From: an uncultured Candidatus Rokubacteria bacterium
GTDB lineage: Bacteria; Methylomirabilota; Methylomirabilia; Rokubacteriales; CSP1-6
NCBI GenBank assembly: GCA_963762145.1
Contig: CAVXJS010000011.1
Location: 256,001 to 320,000, forward strand
DNA length: 64,000 nt
Direction of reading: 5' to 3'
In this document: in pieces, positions 56,505 to 64,000 of the stretch
How the letters are laid out: each line of letters opens with the position of its first letter
How positions within the stretch are numbered: the stretch's first letter is position 1
Made by a program: the position numbers and the translations under genes
Notes under the pieces: model-generated
Databases searched by the model: none
Told to the model about the DNA's origin: nothing
What the model saw: the letters and a program-made list of their open reading frames with translations, nothing else

Positions 56505-57490
56505 CACTCGATCACCTGGTCCGCCCGCTGCAGGAGCGACGGCGGGATCGTGAGGCCGAGGGCCTTCGCGGTCTTCAGGTTAATCACGAGCTCGAACTTC
56601 GTGGGTCCCTCCATCGGGAGATCGCCTGGTGCGGACCCTTTCAGGATCCTGTCTACGTAATCTGCCGCGCGCCGATACATATCGGCACCGCCGGGTCCAT
56701 AGGCCAGCAGCCCTCCTGCCCGGGCGAACACGGGGGACCCGATCGTCGGCAATCGATGCTTAACGGCGAGGCTGGCGATCTGGCCGCCAAGCGGGTTGAG
56801 CAGTGATGTGTTCGGCACAACGACGGCGTGCGCTCCGTGTCGTCCCAAGTCGTCGAACGCTTGAGTGAGATCGTTCGGCCCGCGCACGAGGACTCGATCG
56901 ATCGAAAGCCCTCGCGGTAAGGCGGCAGCGTCCTCCTGTCGCCGCGACGCTTCAGCAACCTCCGGCTGCTCGATCCCAGGCACGTCGAGCCATCCGAGAC
57001 GAGAAGCAGTCGGCGCCACCTCCTTCACGAGGTCAAACCACTTCACGGTCGCCTCGAACTCCTGGAGTACGAGTCCGGTGACGTTGCCGCCCGGTCGAGC
57101 AAGGCTCGCGACTACGCCGTTCGCCACCGGATCCCCGACCACGGCAATCACGATGGGGATCTCGGCCGTCGCCTGCTTTGCCGCACGCGATCCGGGTGAC
57201 CCATGGGTCACGATGATGTCGACCTTCGCGCCAACGAGCTCCGTGGCCAACGCTGGCAAGCGGTCAAGCTTCCGCTCCGCCCAGCGGTACTCGATGACGA
57301 GATTTCTGCCTTCCTCGTATCCGCGATCCCGAAGACCCTGTTGAAGTGCGGCGGTTTGGCGGGCCAGGTCTGACGCAGAAGTCTGGCCGAGAAACCCCAG
57401 TCTGTAGACCCGGGCCGCGGTCTGTGCCTCGACGGTGAAGGGCACGGCGAGGAGGCCGCCCGCAAGTCCGAGGAATGCCCGGCGGTCCAT
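56504..57490 (-). CDS. ABC_sub_bind-family substrate-binding protein, copy B
   Basis: [54 protein letters not shown]. Confidence 0.9.
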   Translation of the reverse strand: MDRRAFLGLAGGLLAVPFTVEAQTAARVYRLGFLGQTSASDLARQTAALQQGLRDRGYEEGRNLVIEYRWAERKLDRLPALATELVGAKVDIIVTHGSPGSRAAKQATAEIPIVIAVVGDPVANGVVASLARPGGNVTGLVLQEFEATVKWFDLVKEVAPTASRLGWLDVPGIEQPEVAEASRRQEDAAALPRGLSIDRVLVRGPNDLTQAFDDLGRHGAHAVVVPNTSLLNPLGGQIASLAVKHRLPTIGSPVFARAGGLLAYGPGGADMYRRAADYVDRILKGSAPGDLPMEGPTKFELVINLKTAKALGLTIPPSLLQRADQVIE

Positions 57491-57635
57491 CACTCGATCA
57501 CCTGGTCCGCCCGCTGCAGGAGCGACGGCGGGATCGTCAGGCCGAGGGCCTTCGCGGTCTTGAGGTTGATCACAAGCTCTACCTTCGTCGGCTGCTCGAT
57601 GGGGAGATCGGCAGGCTTGACGCCTTTGGGGATCG
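57490..57635 (-). pseudogene. ABC_sub_bind C-terminal remnant
   Basis: Translates as [44 protein letters not shown] with no gene body upstream. Confidence 0.85.
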
Positions 57636-57880
57636 TGTCGACCTGGCCCGCCGCGCGGCCAAAGAGATCGGAGATCTTCGGGCGTAGCTCATTAGTCCGC
57701 CGGCCGCGCCGCGCCGGGTCCCCGTCGCCGGAAGTGGGACCATTGCGGCTATCGCCTTGAGGTCGCTTGCCCAGGCGGCGTCACATTCGAGCGCTGGGTG
57801 ACGCGTGAGGATGCGGCGCTAGAGTTGGCGCTGCGACACATGCGGGCGGATAAGTGAGCTACTGACGTCGGCGCCGCGCT

Positions 57881-58147
57881 TCACCTGATGCCTGCTCCGA
57901 TCTTCTTATCGTAGGTGCACGTCGTGACGGAGGAGCCGAGCGTCCCCTTGTTGCGCACCGACATTTCGTAACGCCCCTCGCCGAGTGACCTGACGTTCTC
58001 GGTCTCTATGGGCTGATCGCCCTTCTTGCGCGCTGCCTCGATGCAGGCGGCACGGGCGGCATCAACGCTGCCGGCACCTAACTGCCCACCGCAACCGCTA
58101 GCAAGAACAAGCGCCACCCCCACCAGTGCCGTTGCTCGCATCCGCAT
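57881..58147 (-). CDS. Small lipoprotein
   Basis: SD AGGAGG; lipobox ASGC; two further Cys. Confidence 0.7.
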   Translation of the reverse strand: MRMRATALVGVALVLASGCGGQLGAGSVDAARAACIEAARKKGDQPIETENVRSLGEGRYEMSVRNKGTLGSSVTTCTYDKKIGAGIR

Positions 58148-58479
58148 GTGGGCCTCCTGTAGTCTTCGGTTCACCCCGGGTCGAGGCCGGGCGACGCCGC
58201 AGACCGCACCGCATCTAAGCGGAGCATAGGGCGTGCCTTCGGTTGCCGTTGAAGCCCGTCGCGACCGGCCTGGCCGTCGTCAGCGGGCCGGCAGACGCCT
58301 CAGCTGAACACACGGCTGACCTGGCCACCTATCACACTATCTAGCATACCTTGGCCGTCTGGTCCTGGGTCCCTTAGCCCCAATCCCAAAATAACTCTCA
58401 GGCCGCGAGCGCATGTTGAATGCGGGCATAGAGCACCTCGGTCGCCGGGTTCTGGGCGATGTTGCGAGTTGTGGTTGCT

Positions 58480-58587
58480 GAGCCCCCGGCGGCGAGCGGC
58501 GCGGCGAGGAGGGCGAGCGTTACACCGGAGACGAACGCTCGCCGATCCATCACTCGATGACCTGGTCCGCCCGTAGAAACAGCGACG
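58480..58587 (-). pseudogene. ABC_sub_bind junction remnant (C-terminus of one copy plus signal peptide of the next)
   Basis: SLFLRADQVIE* overlapping MDRRAFVSGVTLALLAAPLAAG. Confidence 0.8.
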
Positions 58588-58603
58588 ACCGCATAGTCCG
58601 GGC

Positions 58604-58984
58604 CTAGCGCCGGCGCCTTCTCTTCGGCTTAGCCTTTGACGCCCGGTTGGTTGCTGGTTTCCGTGCTGCGGGAGGAGCCGCTGCGGATCTCCTCACATCA
58701 ACCACGACATCATGCCACCAGTGCTCAGCTGGTCCGGTCTCTAACCCGTCGAGCCGCCCGCGCGTCGCTGCGAATTGCCGGTCGTGGTGCCAAGCCTCCC
58801 AGTCGGCGCGCGTCTTCCACGTGCCGACGATCACTCGCCTGTCTGGCTTGTCGGATTGCCGGAGGAGCTGTCCTCCCACCCAACCCGGCCGCTTCTTCGC
58901 GGCCGACAGACGAGTGCGCATCGCAGCATCCCACCCAGGTCCAGCCCCTTCTTTCAGGTGTACGTGCGTGACGATAGTCATCAT
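58604..58984 (-). CDS. Antibiotic biosynthesis monooxygenase (ABM) family protein
   Basis: PGWVGGQLL, VIVGTWKTRADWEAW; SD GAGGAGG. Confidence 0.82.
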   Translation of the reverse strand: MMTIVTHVHLKEGAGPGWDAAMRTRLSAAKKRPGWVGGQLLRQSDKPDRRVIVGTWKTRADWEAWHHDRQFAATRGRLDGLETGPAEHWWHDVVVDVRRSAAAPPAARKPATNRASKAKPKRRRRR

Positions 58985-59030
58985 CGAGTTGGTCCTCCTC
59001 GGCCCTAAATCGAGCGTGATTCTCTTGGTC

Positions 59031-59112
59031 TCACTGGATTACCTCGTCCGCCCGCTGCAGCAGCGACGGCGGAATCGTCAGGTCGAGAGCCTTGGCGGTC
59101 TTGAGGTTGACC
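59031..59112 (-). pseudogene. ABC_sub_bind C-terminal remnant
   Basis: [26 protein letters not shown], starting 10 bp after the cyclase stop. Confidence 0.82.
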
Positions 59113-59122
59113 GGGTGGCATG

Positions 59123-62100
59123 TCATCCGAGTGCGGCGGTCTCCGCCGCCACCTGCTCCAGCCAGTACTTCATATCCATCTCGCGGTACATCGTCGTCGC
59201 GGTGGCGAGGTGCTCACGGGCCTGCTCGCGCTTGCCCGCGCGCCCGTGGAGCTTGCCGAAGCCGAGGTGGCAGTGGGCGACGAGAGGCCGCATGCCAAGG
59301 TCGCCGGCGAGGACGACTGCCTGCCGAAGATAGTCCTCACCCGCTTCCACGTCGAATGGATCCCGGCACGCCGCAAGCTCGCCGAGGACATGGAGGGCCC
59401 TGGCTTCCTGGGCGCGACTCTTCTGCGCGCGCGCAAGGTCGAGCTCTTGCTCGGCGAGACGGCTTGCCTCGTCCAGGTAACCACCGAGCAGATAGCTTTC
59501 AGCCAGAGACCCGCTATTGGAACCGGGTTCGACCCGTGGATCCGCGAGCACGCGGGCGGCATCGGACGAACGCCCGGCGAGTCCGTACGCGGCCGCAAGC
59601 GGTGTCGCACAAACCGACCACATGGTGAAGCCTAGGCTGGTACTCACCTCGCATCCTCGCTCCAACAATGGGATGGCCCGGTCAACGTCCCCTTTGCGCA
59701 CGAGAGCAAATCCGAGCCCTACGAGGGCATTGATCAGGCTGTAGGGGTGGTCGGCAGTCTCGGCGATCTCGACGGCCTCGGTGCCGAAGGCGATCGCGTC
59801 GGTGAACCGGCCGACCTCGGCCAGCGACATGGCAACCCACCGGCGGTTGACGACCGAGACTATGGCCGGGCCGACCTGGCGCCAGCGCAGGGTCTCGTCA
59901 AGCGATTCCGCCTCGATGTTGCCCACGAAGTGGGCGATCGCCTCATCATAGTCACCGAGCGCATTCCGGATCTCGCCGAGGACAAAACCCGCGATTCGCT
60001 GGCGGGTCGGATTCCCGGCGCGCGTGGCAAGCTCAAGGGCGTGCTGTCCCGCCTGAAGGGCTTCTTGGTATTGTCCAGTGGCCCAAGAGCAGTGCGCCAT
60101 GGCGCTGACGACGGCGGATTGCCGGTCCTCGTCGCCGAGGGCCTTCGCAATCGGCTCCGCCTGCCGCAGATGGAATGGCACACTCGCGAAGTCTCCGAGC
60201 GCTACGAGTGAGGATCGGATGTCCAGGCGAAGATCGATGGCCTGAGTCTGGCGTTCGGCCGTGTCCGGCAGCTTTGCCAGTGCCGCCAGGGCGTGTTCGA
60301 ACCACGTCACGGCCTCGCGGTGCGCCCGGCGGGCTGCCGCCTTCAGGCCCGCCTCGCTTGCATACCGCACCGCCTTTCCCCACGCCTCACCCCGGAGCGC
60401 ATGGTGGGCCACTCGCTCCACATGCTCGGCCAGACGATCTCCATAGAGTGCCTCGATGACCTCCACCAGCCGCGCGTGAATCCCCCGCCGGCGCTCGTGT
60501 AGGAGGCCTCCGTAGGCCACCTCGTGGGTCAGCGCGTGCTTGAACGTGTACTCGAGATCCGGAAACAGACACACCTCGTACAGAAACTCTGCCGTCTGCA
60601 GATGAATGAGTCCTCGGCGTACCTCCTCCTCCGCGCGGTCGTCGGTGATCGCCGCTAAGAGAGGGAAGGGCACATCTTTCCCGATCACCGCCGCGGACTG
60701 AAGCAGGTGCTTTTCCTCCGGTGAGAGGCGGTCGATCCGTGCGGCGAGGATCGCCTGGACGGTGGGCGGCACCTGGATGTCGGTGAGCGCCGTAGTCAGC
60801 CGGTAGGTGCCGCGCCCGCCGACGAGCGCGTTGGTCTCGGCCAGGGTCCGAACACTCTCCTCCAGGAAAAACGGATTGCCCTCGGTCCGCGCAATCAGGA
60901 TTGGCTTGAGGGACTCGATCGTAATGTCCACGCCGAGGAGGCTGTGGAGCAACTCCAGCGCGCTCTCCGGAGGAAGCGGATCCAGCCGAACTTGAGTGTA
61001 GGAAGCTTTGCTGCCCCACCGGTGCGCGTACTCTGGCCGGTAGTTGACGAGGAGGAACAGGCGTGCCGGCGGCAGGCTCTCGACGAGGCTGTCGAGCACC
61101 GCCTGGGTCTCGGAGTCGATCCAGTGGAGGTCCTCGAAGACAACCAGGAGCGGCTGCACCTGAGCTTCGCGCAGGAGTAGGCGCTTGACCGCGTCGAGCG
61201 TCCGCTGCCGGCGCTGCGGCGGGTCGAGGGCCTGCCACTGAAGGTCCTCGCCAGCCACCTCCAGCAGGGCCAGGAGTGCTGGGAGCACCACCTCGAGGGC
61301 ACGGTCCAGCGCGAGGACCTTTCCCGTCACCTTCTCGCGAATCTCGCGGGGTGTGTCGCGATCACCGATCCGAAAGTATCCCTTGAGGAGGTCGATCACG
61401 GGCAAGTAGCTCGTGGCTTTGCCGTACGACACCGAGCCGGCCTCGACGACCACCCACCCCTCGACGCGATGCGAGTGGGTCAGCTCGAAGGTCAGGCGCG
61501 ACTTGCCCACGCCGGGTTCCCCCACGACGGCCACGATCTGGCCGCGTCCCGACCCAGCCTGCCCAAGCGCGCGCCGAAGGTGTTCGATCTCGACGTCGCG
61601 GCCCACGAACCGCGACAGCCCCCGCGCGGCGGCCGCCTGGAGCCGTGACCGCGCGGCGCTGATTCCGGCGAGCTCATACACCTCGACGGCGGTGGTGAGG
61701 CCCTTCACGGCCACGAGCCCCAGGGATGTCACTTGCACGAAGCCCTCGGCGAGCGCGAGGGTGTCCGGGGTTAGGAGCGTCGAGCCGGGATCAGCAAGCT
61801 GCTCCATCCGCGCGGCAAGGTGGGTGGTCTGGCCCACCGCAGTGTAGTCCATATGCAGGTCGGAGCCGATGGCGCGAACGACCACCTCGCCCGAATTCAG
61901 GCCCACGCGAATGCGAATTGTGACGCCATACTCCCGCCGCACCCCCTCGGCGTACCGCTTCACCGACTCCTGCATCCGCAGCGCCGCGTAGCAGGCCCGC
62001 ACGGCGTGATCTTCGTGGGCCAGCGGCGCGCCGAACAGCGCCATAATCCCGTCACCCATAACCTGGTTGACGGTCCCCTCGTAGCGATGGACGGCTTCCA

Positions 62101-62458
62101 TCATCCGCTCGAGCACTGGGTCGAGGAGCTTGCGCGCTTCCTCGGGATCACGGTCGGCGAGCAACTCCATCGAGCCCTTAAGGTCGGCGAAGAGGACCGT
62201 GACCTGCTTGCGCTCCCCCTCGAGGGCGGCCTTGGAGGTGAGGATCTTCTCGGCGATGTGTTTCGGCGTATACGAGTCCGGGGCGGCGAACTTGGCTGTC
62301 GGGCTTGTCCGGAGCGGTGCTGCGCACTGGCCGCAGAACTTATTCTCGGACGGGTTGGCCGCGCCACAGGACGGACAGGTTGCGGCCAGTGGGGCGGCGC
62401 ACTCCCCACAGAACTTCATGGTTGGTGGGTTATCGAGTTGGCACCGCGGGCACTGCAT
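59123..62458 (-). CDS. Double zinc ribbon / class III adenylate-guanylate cyclase / AAA (STAND) ATPase / TPR protein
   Basis: Four CxxC, ERKQVTVLFADLKGS, GDGIMALFGAP, GEPGVGKS, FEDLHW, EGNPFFLEE, FKHALTHEVAY. Confidence 0.93.
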   Translation of the reverse strand: MQCPRCQLDNPPTMKFCGECAAPLAATCPSCGAANPSENKFCGQCAAPLRTSPTAKFAAPDSYTPKHIAEKILTSKAALEGERKQVTVLFADLKGSMELLADRDPEEARKLLDPVLERMMEAVHRYEGTVNQVMGDGIMALFGAPLAHEDHAVRACYAALRMQESVKRYAEGVRREYGVTIRIRVGLNSGEVVVRAIGSDLHMDYTAVGQTTHLAARMEQLADPGSTLLTPDTLALAEGFVQVTSLGLVAVKGLTTAVEVYELAGISAARSRLQAAAARGLSRFVGRDVEIEHLRRALGQAGSGRGQIVAVVGEPGVGKSRLTFELTHSHRVEGWVVVEAGSVSYGKATSYLPVIDLLKGYFRIGDRDTPREIREKVTGKVLALDRALEVVLPALLALLEVAGEDLQWQALDPPQRRQRTLDAVKRLLLREAQVQPLLVVFEDLHWIDSETQAVLDSLVESLPPARLFLLVNYRPEYAHRWGSKASYTQVRLDPLPPESALELLHSLLGVDITIESLKPILIARTEGNPFFLEESVRTLAETNALVGGRGTYRLTTALTDIQVPPTVQAILAARIDRLSPEEKHLLQSAAVIGKDVPFPLLAAITDDRAEEEVRRGLIHLQTAEFLYEVCLFPDLEYTFKHALTHEVAYGGLLHERRRGIHARLVEVIEALYGDRLAEHVERVAHHALRGEAWGKAVRYASEAGLKAAARRAHREAVTWFEHALAALAKLPDTAERQTQAIDLRLDIRSSLVALGDFASVPFHLRQAEPIAKALGDEDRQSAVVSAMAHCSWATGQYQEALQAGQHALELATRAGNPTRQRIAGFVLGEIRNALGDYDEAIAHFVGNIEAESLDETLRWRQVGPAIVSVVNRRWVAMSLAEVGRFTDAIAFGTEAVEIAETADHPYSLINALVGLGFALVRKGDVDRAIPLLERGCEVSTSLGFTMWSVCATPLAAAYGLAGRSSDAARVLADPRVEPGSNSGSLAESYLLGGYLDEASRLAEQELDLARAQKSRAQEARALHVLGELAACRDPFDVEAGEDYLRQAVVLAGDLGMRPLVAHCHLGFGKLHGRAGKREQAREHLATATTMYREMDMKYWLEQVAAETAALG

Positions 62459-62970
62459 ACCGAGGCCTCCCAACGAGCCTGGCCGGGCACGGTCGGACAG
62501 GTGGCACGAGGGTAGTCTGCCGAGTGGGAGGGGTCAAGGACCGAGAGTCTACCTCGACCGAGAGTTTACCTCGTGTGCGAGGGCGCAGCAGCGACGCCCG
62601 GAGCAGGCGCATTGCGGGGATCGTGTCCGTTCAGGGCTCGCTCGATCTTCAATCCCAGCGGCCCCCCACGGCCCGGCCGTCTCCGCGTCTGAGCGCGACG
62701 CTCAGCCCTTTTGTCCGCGGGGCGCGAATTTTCCCGTTCGATTGGGCTCGGCGGCTTTGGGAGGGCGAGGGGACCAGAGGGCAGGGTGGCCGGAGCCCGG
62801 GCAGTCCAAGAAGGTAGGATTCCTGGTGACCTCGATCGGTCGGCCAGGGAAAGGAATGCTGAAAGACCCTCGGGGGTTCTGGTTGCGTCTGGGTTGCGTG
62901 TGTTGCCACGATCTGCCGCGTTCTGCCACGTCACTCACCGCAAGTTATCGGGATGCTTGAGGGCGTCGGG

Positions 62971-63043
62971 CTTCATCCAGGAGGACTCGCCGCACGAGAT
63001 CGGCGACGCGGTCGCGGCCTTCGTGGGACGCCTACCACGCTGA
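62971..63043 (+). pseudogene. Haloalkane dehalogenase, displaced 3' end
   Basis: FIQEDSPHEIGDAVAAFVGRLPR*, the typical C-terminal helix after the catalytic His. Confidence 0.9.
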
Positions 63044-63160
63044 GCCCGTTGCCTGGCACCCATGTGCCCAGGCTTCATTGCCTTACCTTCTCGGATCGCC
63101 TATACTGCCGCCGCACCACCCCCTCTGAGGAGAAGCAGATGGGCCTTTCGTGGGGGGGAC

Positions 63161-63850
63161 ATGCGTGTTCTGGTACCTGTCATCATGCGACTCCTCCGAG
63201 CGCCAGCCGGAGGGCCCCAGCAGCCGCACCCTCCTCTCACGGCTCCCGAGCTTCTCCCGCCCCGTGATGTGCCGGACGAGACACAGGTCGATGTGCCGGT
63301 CGACGGTGAAGACCCCGAAGAAGGGGCCAGCCGTGGCTTCTCGCGTGGGATCGGGGTCGCCGCCGCCACATTCGTGCCCACGTTTCTGGCCACCTACTTC
63401 GGGATCGTCTCCCTCGCCGGCGTACCCATGGGGACCCGATCTCCGGCCGTTCCCACCGGCGGTCCTCCGCCGGTCATGTCTGCCCTCGCGCCTCAAAGGG
63501 ATCTCGTCGCGAGCCCACGGCAAGCTCAGGCGCCGATCCAGGAAGCCCTGAAAAACGCCGCCGCCCCGGCCACCACTTCAGCGATCCCTCGACCTGCGCC
63601 GCGAACGACACGTCCTCACGTTGAGCCCAAGGCGGCCCAACCCAAACGACCCGCTTCGGCCGCCCCGAAGAACAACGCCTGGGTTCGTGGCGCGGCCTTC
63701 CCCGACCGGGACTCGGCGGAACGCCTCGCGGCCAGCATCGAGAGCCGGGGCTATTCGGTCACAGTCCGCCGTGACGACAGATCAAGCGCTTCCTGGGTCG
63801 TATGGATCAACAAGAATCCGAGGATGACTCCCTCCGAGCCGCGAAAATAG
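63161..63850 (+). CDS. Membrane-anchored SPOR-domain protein
   Basis: TM segment, Pro/Ala linker, WVRGAAFPDRDSAERLAASIESRGY...WVVWI. Confidence 0.72.
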   Translation: MRVLVPVIMRLLRAPAGGPQQPHPPLTAPELLPPRDVPDETQVDVPVDGEDPEEGASRGFSRGIGVAAATFVPTFLATYFGIVSLAGVPMGTRSPAVPTGGPPPVMSALAPQRDLVASPRQAQAPIQEALKNAAAPATTSAIPRPAPRTTRPHVEPKAAQPKRPASAAPKNNAWVRGAAFPDRDSAERLAASIESRGYSVTVRRDDRSSASWVVWINKNPRMTPSEPRK

Positions 63851-64000
63851 CCCGACGGTCAGGGCCTGCTCGCGTGAGGGGTAGTGGCCTACTGCAGAAA
63901 CTTGCGGAGGACGCTCAGGAACTCATCGAGGCGGTCGTGGTGCAGCCAGTGGCCGGCGCGCTCGAAGCCGATGACGGAGGCGTGACGGAACGGCTCGAGA

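Larger units (their letters stand above)
48817..62978. mobile_element. 14.15-kb inserted island flanked by 8-bp direct repeats CTTCATCC
   Basis: Repeats at 48817-48824 and 62971-62978; removing the island and one repeat restores the dehalogenase frame; visibly lower GC and coding density than the left flank. Confidence 0.85.

Noticed and set aside
55524-59112. CRISPR array, integron attC sites or a diversity-generating retroelement
   Set aside because: The repeats are protein-coding ends spaced 0.5-1 kb apart; no cas, integron integrase or reverse transcriptase gene, and no attC structure was seen.
55521-59333. Repeated plus-strand ORFs containing LDHL(I/V)[10 protein letters not shown]
   Set aside because: They are the reverse-complement reading of the ABC_sub_bind C-terminal repeat.
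48817-62978. Prophage or composite transposon
   Set aside because: No phage structural, replication or integrase genes; the single IS is internal and has its own target duplication.
1-64000. tRNA or rRNA genes
   Set aside because: None recognised by eye; a tRNAscan-SE/Infernal run is needed to exclude them formally.

Overview
Very GC-rich bacterial DNA. The gene families (expanded ABC_sub_bind proteins ending ADQVIE, a zinc-ribbon/adenylate cyclase/AAA/TPR protein, a form II CoxL-like subunit) suggest Candidatus Rokubacteria (Methylomirabilota); this is an inference. Bases 1-48.8 kb are mostly metabolism and transport and include a long minus-strand metal-homeostasis cluster (about 5.7-22.2 kb: CopD-cytochrome c, CusF-like protein, outer-membrane barrel, two metal ABC binding proteins and permeases, ATPase, CDF exporter). 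Main finding: this cluster holds two paralogous ~100-aa leader ORFs. Each has a hydrophobic segment, HLH-x7-YNEEH, and a C-terminal RAPP ribosome-arrest-type motif, and is followed by a predicted hairpin that hides the Shine-Dalgarno of the next gene. A DtxR/MntR-type palindrome lies upstream. This is a candidate histidine-based, metal-sensing translation-arrest system. Second finding: a 14.15-kb island flanked by an 8-bp direct repeat (CTTCATCC), with no recognisable integrase, splits a haloalkane dehalogenase gene. It carries an intact IS481-family element, stand-alone receiver/PilZ proteins, and an array of ABC_sub_bind genes with orphan terminal remnants. Several genes are frameshifted, most densely at 26.1-29.3 kb; these may be sequencing errors.
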